Virus record (IMG/VR): IMGVR_UViG_3300008448_009590
DNA from: an uncultured virus (IMG/VR IMGVR_UViG_3300008448_009590)
Taxonomy: Duplodnaviria; Heunggongvirae; Uroviricota; Caudoviricetes
DNA: 64,000 bases
Reading direction: 5' to 3' (one strand)
Made by a program: the position numbers and the translations under genes. The notes under the pieces were generated by a model. That model was not told the DNA's origin. It made no database searches and saw only the letters and a program-made list of their open reading frames with translations. This document shows positions 1 through 9,599 of this stretch, in pieces; positions within the stretch are counted from its first letter, which is position 1; the number at the start of each line of letters is the position of its first letter.

Positions 1-296
1 TTTTGTTTAGGCATTTTTGTTTGGACTTCTGGTTTTACTTCTAGTACGTAAGTCATCACTGTTCCATCTTTTTTCTTCGTTTTTACGACAAAATCTGGAA
101 AGTAACGGTGCATCTTTTTATCGATGGGATTGCGATATGGTATGAACAGTTCTTCTGATGCCCACCAGGTAACCATAGGATTTTCATCCAAATATTTCAT
201 GACGTAGAGTTCCCACGAAGAACGGTAGATGATATTTGTTGCATCTCCGTTATATTTCGTCGGATTTTTTGGAGTAAACTTTCCTGAATATGGCAT
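1..296 (-). CDS. gp4: Head completion protein, T4 gp4-like (TnsA-like nuclease fold); runs off the window edge
   Basis: Not in the ORF track. Hand translation of the minus strand from CAT at 294-296 gives MPYSGKFTPKNPTKYNGDATNIIYRSSWELYVMKYLDENP..WWASEELFIPY..RYFPDF..LEVKP, the typical gp4 motifs. Divergent from gp48. Confidence 0.9.
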   Translation of the reverse strand, partial: MPYSGKFTPKNPTKYNGDATNIIYRSSWELYVMKYLDENPMVTWWASEELFIPYRNPIDKKMHRYFPDFVVKTKKKDGTVMTYVLEVKPEVQTKMPKQ

Positions 297-301
297 AAAT
301 A
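294..301 (+). promoter_or_regulatory. T4-type late promoter-like motif CATAAATA
   Basis: One mismatch to the T4 late consensus TATAAATA; upstream of SD AAGGA and ATG 325. Confidence 0.55.
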
Positions 302-324
302 TTATATATTCACAAAGGAATCAT

Positions 325-1635
325 ATGGCATTTTTCAACTTAACCGAAATCAAAATCAATAATACGAGTGATGGTGATACCCTTGGTTTAACAAAACAAA
401 TTTTGCGTGATAGCAGATATATGAGTAATGTACTAAGATATCCTTTGGATATAGGTTCTTTAGATAAAGGACACTATATGGTAATCCATATTAATCAACA
501 AGAAAAAACTAGATTTGATAGAACAAAGGACGAGGTTGGCTTGCCTAACTTTTATGGAAATCCTACTATTATACAAAATCAAAAGTATAATGGAACACCC
601 AATCCTTTTTCGCAAACTGTATCTGGTCTTACACAAATAGTTGAAGATGTCAATGAATCTGGACCTACACAAATAAGTAAAGAAATGATTAAAAAAGGAG
701 CTTCTTTTCTTTCTGATAAAGCCAATGCAAAAATAGAAAATATGAATGAAACGTTCCAAGAAGGTTTTGAGAGTGCTGCTGGTGGATTAAATTCGTTTGG
801 TAAAGGATTGTCTGATTCTGCGAAAGAAATTTTTAATTTAGCTAATTCTGGAAAAGGTTTGAGAACTATAAAAAGAACCACGGATAGTATTGCTTTTTAT
901 ATGCCAGATACTTTAAATTTTACAAATAATCAACAATATTCTACAATAGAATTTGGATCTTCACCTCTAGCTTACTTGGCAGCTGCAACAGCCGGTTATA
1001 GTCAAATAAAAGGATCAGGAGAGAAAAAAATTGAAAGTGCCGTTAAAAACTTAACACCATTCATTTTAAACAATTTTTTACGAAAAACTCTCGGTGGTGC
1101 AGGATCAGGAGTTTTTGCCGCAGGATTTGGAGCAGTTGTAAATCCTCAACTAGAAATGATATATTCGTCTCCTTCATTTAGAGAGTTCAGATTTGATTTT
1201 ATGTTATATCCAAGAAGTTCTAAAGAAGCGGTTGAAGTTCAAAAAATATTACAAAGACTTAGATTTCATCAAGCACCAGAAGTTTTAAAAGAAGGAATTG
1301 GAGCCTTAGGTGGATTCTTCTTAGTGCCACCATCCGAATTTGATATAAAATTTTACTACAACGGTTCTATAAATCCTAATATTCCTCAAATTTCAACTTG
1401 TGTTTTGACATCTATAGATACAGATTATGCACCAAATGGATGGTCTGCATATGAATCTCCTGACAATTTTGGACAACCTGAGATTGGAAAAACTGGTATG
1501 CCTGTTGGTATTAGATTATCTTTAAATTTCCAAGAAACGGAAATTCTTACAAAAGATTCTTTTGTTGAAGTTGCGGGAAGAGATAGGGACGATGTGGCGA
1601 TGTGGGAAGTTTCTACCACCAAAAGAAGATTTTAA
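325..1635 (+). CDS. gp48: Baseplate tail-tube cap, gp48-like
   Basis: Motifs LRYPLD, IAFYMP, NPQLEMIYSSPSFREFRFDF, PSEFDI, CVLTSIDTDY, LNFQETEILTK. Start moved to ATG 325 (SD AAGGA; avoids overlap with gp4). Confidence 0.8.
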   Translation: MAFFNLTEIKINNTSDGDTLGLTKQILRDSRYMSNVLRYPLDIGSLDKGHYMVIHINQQEKTRFDRTKDEVGLPNFYGNPTIIQNQKYNGTPNPFSQTVSGLTQIVEDVNESGPTQISKEMIKKGASFLSDKANAKIENMNETFQEGFESAAGGLNSFGKGLSDSAKEIFNLANSGKGLRTIKRTTDSIAFYMPDTLNFTNNQQYSTIEFGSSPLAYLAAATAGYSQIKGSGEKKIESAVKNLTPFILNNFLRKTLGGAGSGVFAAGFGAVVNPQLEMIYSSPSFREFRFDFMLYPRSSKEAVEVQKILQRLRFHQAPEVLKEGIGALGGFFLVPPSEFDIKFYYNGSINPNIPQISTCVLTSIDTDYAPNGWSAYESPDNFGQPEIGKTGMPVGIRLSLNFQETEILTKDSFVEVAGRDRDDVAMWEVSTTKRRF

Positions 1636-1648
1636 TAAAAGGTAATAA

Positions 1649-2302
1649 ATGTCAAAATTTTTTAATTACTTTCCTAAGGTTGTTTATTTTTCCGATAGAG
1701 ATCAAACATCTTTAGATATAATAACAAACTTAACTTTTAAATTTAAGTTTAATGAAAATTTTAAACAAAATTCTGTTGTTTATTATGATTATATTATTCC
1801 TGAAGGAGAAACACCAGAAATTTTAGCGGACAAATTTTATGATTCTTCCGAAAGACACTGGATAATTTTAATGGTTAATAATATTATAAATCCTTTGTTA
1901 GATTGGCCAATGAGTTATACAACACTAAACAAATATATCGATTCAAAATATTCTGCAAATAATTATGCCGATACTTCTAATACCTCGGTTACGGGACTTT
2001 CTTGGTCGGAATCAAATGTAAAAGAATATTTTGTAAAAGAGAGAAAAACTATATTAGATACTAAAGAGTTTGAAGAAAAAACGATAATTCTAACGCAACC
2101 TGACTACGCAAATACTTCTCCAATAACCTCAAATAATTACACTTTAATTGGTGGTACTCAAATAGAATTTAAAAGAACTAGAGGAACAAAAACTTATTAT
2201 GAATATGAACATGAGACAAATGAAAATAAAAGAAAAATTAAATTGTTAAAAAAAGAATTCGTTCCTTTTTTAGAAAAAGAATTTAAAGATTTAACAAAAT
2301 AA
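1649..2302 (+). CDS. gp53: Baseplate wedge subunit, gp53-like
   Basis: FFNYFPKV, GETPEILADKFY..HWIILMVNNIINP..DWP (LysM-like), YEYEHETNENKRKIKLL; synteny. Confidence 0.88.
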   Translation: MSKFFNYFPKVVYFSDRDQTSLDIITNLTFKFKFNENFKQNSVVYYDYIIPEGETPEILADKFYDSSERHWIILMVNNIINPLLDWPMSYTTLNKYIDSKYSANNYADTSNTSVTGLSWSESNVKEYFVKERKTILDTKEFEEKTIILTQPDYANTSPITSNNYTLIGGTQIEFKRTRGTKTYYEYEHETNENKRKIKLLKKEFVPFLEKEFKDLTK

Positions 2303-2303
2303 A

Positions 2304-3656
2304 ATGCAATCGAATTTTTTAATATCAACTGGGTTTATAATAAAAGAATTAAACCTTGTCGCCAAAGATAAAACTGAACGAAGTCTTATTGCACACTACA
2401 AAGAAATAAACATTTTCGATTCAATATTGCAGCCATGTTTAACTGGTAATATTTTAATTGAAGATTCGTCTGGATTGTCTGATTCTTTTTTATTAGACGG
2501 TAATGATTTTATAAAAATTCACATAGGAAAAGTTGACGATGATACTTTAGATATAAAAAGAATTTTTAGAATTTATAAACAGTCTGATAGAAATGTAGTA
2601 AATCAAACTAAAGAAACTTATATTTTACATTTTATTTCTGAAGAATTTGTTACGGCACAATTTAAAAAGGTGGGACAAGCTTATTTAAATACCACATATA
2701 GTAACACTGCACTCAAAATTCTTAGAGATTATTTAAAAACTCCTAGTGAAAAAATAAAAGGAGGAGAATTTGATACATCTTTAGGAATAAGAGATATTGT
2801 AGTTCCATTATATTTAAATCCAATAGACGCTATAATGTGGATGACAAAATTGGCAATTGATACTGATCACAGACCATGTTTTCTTTTTTACGAAAATATT
2901 TTTGGTTATAACTTTGCTAGTTTAAGTAATTTGTTAGATAAAGAATCGGTTGTAAATATAAATTTTGATCCTAAAAACTTAGGTCGTATGGATGAAACAA
3001 ATGATATGTTTGGAGCCAGACATTTTGAAGTTATACAGCAGTTTGATATTTTATCAAATATAAAAAACGGAGTTTATTCGGGTAAATTTATTGGATATGA
3101 TAGAAATATAGGTCAAAGTCTAGAATTAAATTTCGATTACAATTCTATAAATCATCCAAAAAATTCTAGGAATAACGGACCTGCTGTGGCAAATTTAAAA
3201 ACCATAGAAGGCGATTTATTAAACAATTTTTCAGAATCAAATATAGTTGAAGGTCCTACAAGTTTAATATCTAGAAATATAAATGAAATAAAACAAAATA
3301 GTCCAGGAGAATTCGAAAAGAAGATAGATTATGAACAAATTTTATTTCAGAGAGAATCTATATTTGCAAACTTCTTTTCACAAAGAGTTAAACTTGTAGT
3401 GCCAGGAAATTTTGGAATTTCATCAGGAGCAAATGTATATTTAAACATACCTAAATTCTCCGAGAAAGTTCCAGGAGAAAATAATTTAGACAGAACATTA
3501 TATGGTCATTATATGATCATCGCAGCACGGCACAAATTAACACCGGACAATAAACACGAAACTATTTTTGAAGCTTGTACAAACAGTTCAAATAGAAGTG
3601 ATAGATATAATAAAATGATCGGCGTTGATAATGTAACTAATACAAATTATGCGTAA
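2304..3656 (+). CDS. Probable baseplate hub protein (gp27 / late-control-D-like)
   Basis: Lies between gp53 and gp5; INIFDSI..LTGNILIED, FLFYENIFGYNFASL, VPGN..G..YMIIAARH patterns resemble hub proteins. Confidence 0.55.
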   Translation: MQSNFLISTGFIIKELNLVAKDKTERSLIAHYKEINIFDSILQPCLTGNILIEDSSGLSDSFLLDGNDFIKIHIGKVDDDTLDIKRIFRIYKQSDRNVVNQTKETYILHFISEEFVTAQFKKVGQAYLNTTYSNTALKILRDYLKTPSEKIKGGEFDTSLGIRDIVVPLYLNPIDAIMWMTKLAIDTDHRPCFLFYENIFGYNFASLSNLLDKESVVNINFDPKNLGRMDETNDMFGARHFEVIQQFDILSNIKNGVYSGKFIGYDRNIGQSLELNFDYNSINHPKNSRNNGPAVANLKTIEGDLLNNFSESNIVEGPTSLISRNINEIKQNSPGEFEKKIDYEQILFQRESIFANFFSQRVKLVVPGNFGISSGANVYLNIPKFSEKVPGENNLDRTLYGHYMIIAARHKLTPDNKHETIFEACTNSSNRSDRYNKMIGVDNVTNTNYA

Positions 3657-3677
3657 TATTTTTTTAAGGATAATCCT

Positions 3678-5483
3678 ATGACTATGCAAGTTGTAGAAAG
3701 AGATGCTATAGTTATCAATAATGCTGATCCACTTGGATTAGCCCGACTTCAAGTTTTTATCTATGGTGTTCATGATATAACTGGAATTAAAACTCCATTT
3801 GAGAACCTTCCTTGGGCGTTTGCATCTCAAACTACCGTTTCTATACCAAAAATATACACTCCAATAAAAGTAAAATATAAATTTTCTTTTGGTAGTGCAA
3901 TGAGAGCTTTTGCTGATCAAGAGGCTTTAGAATGGCACTCTCCTTCACCTTATTTGAAATTAACAGAAAATAGAGACCCAAGACTCTATTTAAAATATGA
4001 CAGTGAAAATCAAAAATTTTTAAACCAAAGTCCTGTAGATTATTCAACGATTAAAAATAAAATAGCACAATTAGAGGAAGAAAAGAAAACATTAGAAAAT
4101 GCCAAAAAAGCTAATGAAGAAGAACTAAAAAATTTAATTGCAGATGAAGAAAAATATCAAGTTTCACCTATAGACGAATCTGGATGGACTGTAGCTATAG
4201 AATACTCAAAAAGTGAACTCAATAACTTTTTAAATGATGTTGGTTCAATTGGTTCAGTAAGTGGGCAATCTTACGATAGTAGAATTTCTCAATTAGAATC
4301 TCAAATACAAAGTGGTAGAAAATTAGCTGAGATTGCGTATCCAAATAGAAATGAAGATGAGCAAGATTTAACATTAGAACAATATGCTGATCAAGTTTGG
4401 AATTCTCGTGAACTAACTGAAAGAGATAATTTAGTAACCAGAAAAGGACTACTAGAAAGAAATATATTAGATGCTGAGACAAACCTGGCAAATCTTTATA
4501 AGAACTCTACATCAAATTTAAATAGAGTAAATACGCAAAAACAAGGAATTCAAGAAGAAATAAACAAACAAAGTCTTAAAATACAAGAAATAGATAAACA
4601 AATTGCAGAACTAAATTCTCAAGCTTCTAATGCGCCGAATGCTTTACTTTCCATAGAACAGGCAAGATCATTGGATGCAAGAGTAGGCCGATATGATGAA
4701 ACTTCTGGTAAAGTTTATAATACACAAGAAGAATTAATAGGTAACTGGACAGGATATACTTTTTATTTACCCGGTTACGCATTACAACCTGGACCTTCTA
4801 TACCAGACAGAAAAAAATTAATACCAATAGATTCGAAAGGTAGAATAAGTGAAGAATCTTATTTACAATCAACAAATCTTAATGGTTCAAAATCTGGTCA
4901 ACTGAGTACAATTATAGATCCTTCGGATAGTGTAGCTATAGAAAAATCAAATAATGATAAAACTTGGAATTGTGATATTTCCTATGAAACTAGATTAAAA
5001 ATTCTCACAAAAAGACAAGAAGTTATAACAGCAGTTAAATGGTTGAGAGATAAGATACTTGCTCTTTTTGCAATTGATGGAAATTCTGCCACAGCTCAGT
5101 GGATTAAACAAACGGTTAAACTTTTAACGGCTACACTCAAAAGTATTCAGAAATTTTTAAAAGTAATAAATGAAATAGTACTAGAGATTGCAAAAATTAC
5201 CGCACAGATAAGACAACTAATAAACTGGATATTAAGTTTACCCGCAAGATTATTGGTTCTGTTGCAAGACTGTTTAACTCATTTTTTTAATTCATTGACT
5301 GATGCTTTTTCCGAATCAATATCTTTAAGTGGTGCCGGTGGTGAAAATGTATCTTTTTCTGAAGTAACAGAATTAATATCTGAAACACAAAAAACATTCC
5401 AAACAGCAAAAGAAACAGTAGAAATTACAACAATAGTATATACAGAAATTAAAGCGATAGAAGCAACATTTGAAAAGGTATAA
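3678..5483 (+). CDS. gp5-like N-terminal OB-fold fused to long coiled-coil and helical regions
   Basis: N-terminal VINNADPLGLARLQVFIYGVH..LPWA matches the gp5/VgrG OB-fold start; the rest is Q/E/K-rich and helical with no lysozyme motif. Confidence 0.65.
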   Translation: MTMQVVERDAIVINNADPLGLARLQVFIYGVHDITGIKTPFENLPWAFASQTTVSIPKIYTPIKVKYKFSFGSAMRAFADQEALEWHSPSPYLKLTENRDPRLYLKYDSENQKFLNQSPVDYSTIKNKIAQLEEEKKTLENAKKANEEELKNLIADEEKYQVSPIDESGWTVAIEYSKSELNNFLNDVGSIGSVSGQSYDSRISQLESQIQSGRKLAEIAYPNRNEDEQDLTLEQYADQVWNSRELTERDNLVTRKGLLERNILDAETNLANLYKNSTSNLNRVNTQKQGIQEEINKQSLKIQEIDKQIAELNSQASNAPNALLSIEQARSLDARVGRYDETSGKVYNTQEELIGNWTGYTFYLPGYALQPGPSIPDRKKLIPIDSKGRISEESYLQSTNLNGSKSGQLSTIIDPSDSVAIEKSNNDKTWNCDISYETRLKILTKRQEVITAVKWLRDKILALFAIDGNSATAQWIKQTVKLLTATLKSIQKFLKVINEIVLEIAKITAQIRQLINWILSLPARLLVLLQDCLTHFFNSLTDAFSESISLSGAGGENVSFSEVTELISETQKTFQTAKETVEITTIVYTEIKAIEATFEKV

Positions 5484-6295
5484 TGATGGCAGATACAGAA
5501 GTTAAAAAACCCGAAGGTGATAGTACTTGGTATGAACCCGATTCTCAAGCAAATAATTCAGTTTATCCTCATGTAAAAGGATTTTATTCCGATTCTGGTC
5601 ATTTTGTGGAAATGGATGACACACCACAATATGAAAGAATGAGAATACAACATAGAATAGGAAATTATACTGAGATACAATCCGATGGAACAGAAATTCA
5701 TAAAATTATTGGTGATAATTATGAAATAGTTGTTAAGAACAATCATGTTTTGATAAAAGGTTATTGCTCTGTGACTATAGAAGGTGATTCTAAATTAAAT
5801 GTTAAGGGAGATGTTTATCAAAACATTGAAGGTAATGTTTATCAAAACATTGAAGGTCAGATGGACGCTGTTGTCACCGGTGAGGTAAATTTAACTTCAG
5901 AAACCGATGTAAACATAACTGCTGGAGGAATAGAAGGACAAATTAATTTAAATGCTCCTTTTTCTGTTCATGTCGAAGGTGATTTAACTGTAAACGGAGG
6001 AATATCTTCCACAGGACCTATTGCTTGTTCTGAAAACATAATAGCGAGTAAAAAAGTTTTTGGTGCTTTAGGATTGGTAACTCCCACAGGAGTTTTAGTT
6101 GGCCTTCCAGATGCTGGTGCTGTTGCACCAGGAATTTATTCTGCTGGTCCCATTTCATCATTATCCTCAGTTACGGCGCCAGTATTGAATGATATTATTG
6201 GACCAATACAGATATTCAGACATGCGTATACATATCATTTTCATCCAGGAGATTCTGGAGGAGTTACTGGAATTCCTAGCATAGGAGCTTTATAA
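5483..6295 (+). CDS. gp5: Baseplate spike, gp5 C-terminal beta-helix portion
   Basis: YPH..SGHFVEMDDTP..ER..HRIGNYTEI..DG, octapeptide repeats (VKGDVYQN/IEGNVYQN), C-terminal HFHPGDSGG. Confidence 0.82.
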   Translation: MMADTEVKKPEGDSTWYEPDSQANNSVYPHVKGFYSDSGHFVEMDDTPQYERMRIQHRIGNYTEIQSDGTEIHKIIGDNYEIVVKNNHVLIKGYCSVTIEGDSKLNVKGDVYQNIEGNVYQNIEGQMDAVVTGEVNLTSETDVNITAGGIEGQINLNAPFSVHVEGDLTVNGGISSTGPIACSENIIASKKVFGALGLVTPTGVLVGLPDAGAVAPGIYSAGPISSLSSVTAPVLNDIIGPIQIFRHAYTYHFHPGDSGGVTGIPSIGAL

Positions 6296-7107
6296 TGGCA
6301 AATGTTTTAGATAGATTAACAACTACTTTCGATTCATCTAAATTTGGTGATGATATTAATTTGAGTGACAGAGCTAAAGCTTTTTTAAACACAAGTCCTA
6401 TAAAAATAAGTTCATGGGCGGCTAGTGATTTGGCCAATGGTGCGGTGACACGTTCTGATTATTTTCAAAATCCTGTTGCATCTTATGTTTCTAGTATATC
6501 TTCTAATTTAAATTCAATTATAACATTATGTACTACTAGTCCAGATACAAACTATCCTAGTTCTAATGCTGCGATAAAAAATTTAGCTAATTCATCAAAT
6601 AATTTAGTAACTCAATTAAATTTATTTTTACAACATACAAATAGAATATCTGGTGTTTCAGAGAGTTATTTTGATTCATCTACAGGAGTTATAAAACCAA
6701 ATTATCAAGATTGTGTCGGATCTGGAGGAATGATATTAACTATATTGGGAACAACAGATAATGTTAGAAATTCTACTCCTATTTTAAACCAGTTTACTAG
6801 TTTGTATATTGAAGAAGAATTGGCGGCTAATAATTGGAGTATAGGAAATACTAAAAACTCACTACAAACCGTGCCTTCTTCACTGACAACATCTCAAGTA
6901 AATGCAATGAATGTAATAATAAACACCGCAAATACATTACTTTACACCAGAAGAACCGAAGATGAGAATTATTTTTACGCTTCCCAACAAATTTTAAAAG
7001 ATTTTCAGATACTAAACGGAATGCAAAACTCGGGAAGTACTGAAAAAAATCTAATTACCAATAAAATAGGAACCGCAAAACTCAAAACCTCTTTAGGAGT
7101 TGAATAA
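6295..7107 (+). CDS. Hypothetical protein, probably virion-associated
   Basis: 270-aa ORF coupled to gp5 by a TAATG overlap; S/N/T-rich; no motif recognised. Confidence 0.6.
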   Translation: MANVLDRLTTTFDSSKFGDDINLSDRAKAFLNTSPIKISSWAASDLANGAVTRSDYFQNPVASYVSSISSNLNSIITLCTTSPDTNYPSSNAAIKNLANSSNNLVTQLNLFLQHTNRISGVSESYFDSSTGVIKPNYQDCVGSGGMILTILGTTDNVRNSTPILNQFTSLYIEEELAANNWSIGNTKNSLQTVPSSLTTSQVNAMNVIINTANTLLYTRRTEDENYFYASQQILKDFQILNGMQNSGSTEKNLITNKIGTAKLKTSLGVE

Positions 7108-7110
7108 ATA
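7103..7110 (+). promoter_or_regulatory. Late promoter-like motif AATAAATA
   Basis: TAAATA core 4 nt before the gp25 ATG. Confidence 0.45.
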
Positions 7111-7114
7111 ATAG

Positions 7115-7519
7115 ATGGCCACAATTACTACCAATGTTGCGAGAACTTATAAGGACTTAGACCTCCTTTTCAATGTTCACCCAATAAAAAAAGACGTTAA
7201 TAAACACACAGCAGAAATGGCTGTGATTAATTCTGTAAAAAACTTGATTTTAACAAATCATTATGAACGTCCTTTTCAACCAGAAATAGGATCTAATGTC
7301 TCAAAACTTTTATTCGAACAACTAGATTTTGTGACTGCCGCAGCATTGGAAAGAGAAATTTCTCAGACAATACGAAATTTTGAACCAAGAGCCTCTGTTT
7401 ATAGAATACGTGCTTTACCAGATTATGACAACAATGGTTTTACGATAGATATGGAATTTACCATTATAAACAGAACTGAACCAATAACAATAACATTTTT
7501 TCTAGATCGAGTAAGATAA
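7115..7519 (+). CDS. gp25: Baseplate wedge subunit gp25
   Basis: YKDLDL.F..HP, SVKNLILTNHYERPFQPEIGS, IRNFEPR. Confidence 0.93.
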   Translation: MATITTNVARTYKDLDLLFNVHPIKKDVNKHTAEMAVINSVKNLILTNHYERPFQPEIGSNVSKLLFEQLDFVTAAALEREISQTIRNFEPRASVYRIRALPDYDNNGFTIDMEFTIINRTEPITITFFLDRVR

Positions 7520-9595
7520 ATGACAGATCGTTTAAGAGTAACAGAACTTGATTTTGATCAAATCAAAACAAATTTAAAAAGTTTTTTAAAAAGTCAAAAT
7601 GAATTTACCGACTATGATTTTGACGGTTCTGGATTAAGTGTACTTTTAGATATACTGGCTTATAATACACATTATAACGCTTATTATCTAAACATGATTG
7701 CAAATGAATCCTTCTTAGATACGGCTCTTTTAAGAAACTCGGTTATTTCTCATGCCAAAAAATTTGGATATGTTCCAAGATCAGCAACAGCTGCAAGAGC
7801 TACAATTAACTTTACTATCAATAGTTTAAACTCTACACCAGGTAGTTTAACTTTACCAAGAGGATATATTTTCTTATCTTCATTGATTGATAATAAAGTA
7901 TATAATTTTGTTACATTAGAAGATACTACCGTAACAAAAACTGGGACAAATTTCGTATTCAATAATTTAAAAATATACGAAGGATCTTTGAATAGATATT
8001 CTTTCAACCATTCTGAAGCTTCAAATCCAAAGCAAATATTTTCTATACCAGATTCGAATATTGATACATCAACATTAAAAGTTACTGTACAACAATCTTC
8101 ATCTAATACAGATTCGGTTGTTTATAGTTTAGCCACAGATGTAATAAATCTTACTGCTAACTCTACTGTTTATTTTTTACAAGAGGGACTAAACAATCAA
8201 TATCAGATTTATTTTGGTGATGATGTAATCGGTAAAAAAATACCTGACGCTGGTGTAGTAAATGTAACCTATCTTTCTACGAACGGATCTGTTGCTAATA
8301 AAGCCAATACTTTTGTTGCCACGACACCAGTCTCATCTTTTACTACTTTTAGTGTGACCCCAGTTGCCGCTTCTTCTGGCGGCGCAGCAAAGGAATCTGT
8401 CGATCAAATTAAGTTTGCAGCTCCATTACAGTTTACCTCTCAAAATAGAGCTGTAACAAAAAATGATTATATTAAACTAATTCAACAAAAATATCCACAG
8501 TTTGATGCGGTTAATGTTTGGGGTGGAGAAGAAAATATTCCTCCCGTTTATGGTAAAATTTTTATTTCTGCTAAACCTAAATTGGGATTTGAAGTTTCTG
8601 ATACCGAAAAAAATTATTTTATAAATGAGATAGTTAAACCCATAAGTGTTTTAACAGTTACTCCAGAATTTGTTGATGTTGATTATAATTACATTAAGTT
8701 AATTTCTACCGTTTATTATGACCCAACGAAAACTGATTTAAATACATCAACTCTACAATCAAAAGTTACAAATGCGATAACTTCATTTTCAAATTTAAAT
8801 TTAAATAAATTTAATTCAATTTTTAGTTCATCAAAATTAAGAACTAATGTTGATAATTCTGATATTTCTGTACAATCAAACGAATTGGAAATATTTTTGT
8901 CTAAGAGATTTAGACCTGTTTTAACACAAACTAATACTTATACTTTAGATTTTGGTGTTGAATTGTCTAGAGGCACAACACTCGATAATTTTTATTCTTC
9001 ACCAAATTTTAATATACTTGACGAAAATTTAATAGAAAGATCCTGCTTTATTGAAGAAGTTCCATCTTCATTTACAGGAGTCGAATCGATATCAGTTATA
9101 ACACCAGGTTCAGGATATACGTCAACACCAACCATAGAAATTATTGGAGATGGTCGAGGAGCCAAAGCGGCCGCCATTATCGTAAACGGAAAACTAAGTT
9201 CAGTAAAAGTTATAAATCCTGGTATTGGTTATACAACAGCTGCAATAAGAATTATTGGTGGTGGAGGAACAAATGCTACTGCTGAGTCTATTTTAGAAAA
9301 TAGGTTTGGTAAAATTAGAATCGCCTATTTTAAACCAGATGAGCTTACAAGTAGAAGTACAAAGGTTATTTTAAATGCCGAAAAAAATGAAGGTATTACT
9401 GGTGTTATAGATTACGTTTTAGGCACTATAACAATAGAAAATTTTGCTCCACTTTCTGTAGATAATGATTTTGATGAACTTTCTATAAATGTTAGACCAA
9501 AATCTACAGTTTTACAATCAATTAAAAATAAAATGTTAGCTTTCGATCAAACGGATCCAACCAGTGTTGTTGTTGAACTAAAAATCATAAAATAA
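7520..9595 (+). CDS. gp6: Baseplate wedge subunit gp6
   Basis: LDFDQIKTNLK.FL..Q.EFTDYDFDGSGLSVLLDILAYNTHY, QNRAVT..DY, VWGGEEN.PP.YGK. Confidence 0.93.
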   Translation: MTDRLRVTELDFDQIKTNLKSFLKSQNEFTDYDFDGSGLSVLLDILAYNTHYNAYYLNMIANESFLDTALLRNSVISHAKKFGYVPRSATAARATINFTINSLNSTPGSLTLPRGYIFLSSLIDNKVYNFVTLEDTTVTKTGTNFVFNNLKIYEGSLNRYSFNHSEASNPKQIFSIPDSNIDTSTLKVTVQQSSSNTDSVVYSLATDVINLTANSTVYFLQEGLNNQYQIYFGDDVIGKKIPDAGVVNVTYLSTNGSVANKANTFVATTPVSSFTTFSVTPVAASSGGAAKESVDQIKFAAPLQFTSQNRAVTKNDYIKLIQQKYPQFDAVNVWGGEENIPPVYGKIFISAKPKLGFEVSDTEKNYFINEIVKPISVLTVTPEFVDVDYNYIKLISTVYYDPTKTDLNTSTLQSKVTNAITSFSNLNLNKFNSIFSSSKLRTNVDNSDISVQSNELEIFLSKRFRPVLTQTNTYTLDFGVELSRGTTLDNFYSSPNFNILDENLIERSCFIEEVPSSFTGVESISVITPGSGYTSTPTIEIIGDGRGAKAAAIIVNGKLSSVKVINPGIGYTTAAIRIIGGGGTNATAESILENRFGKIRIAYFKPDELTSRSTKVILNAEKNEGITGVIDYVLGTITIENFAPLSVDNDFDELSINVRPKSTVLQSIKNKMLAFDQTDPTSVVVELKIIK

Positions 9596-9599
9596 AAAA

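Noticed and set aside
229..324. ORF-track N-terminal extension of gp48
   Set aside because: It overlaps the minus-strand gp4 gene; ATG 325 has an SD and a promoter motif.
5465..5490. Programmed -1 frameshift fusing the two gp5 parts
   Set aside because: The -1 frame has TGA at 5471-5473 and no canonical slippery heptamer follows; the TAATG overlap with upstream AAGG fits translational coupling.
7115..7519. gp25 as a lysozyme
   Set aside because: This is a common legacy annotation; the sequence fits the structural wedge protein and shows no catalytic motif.
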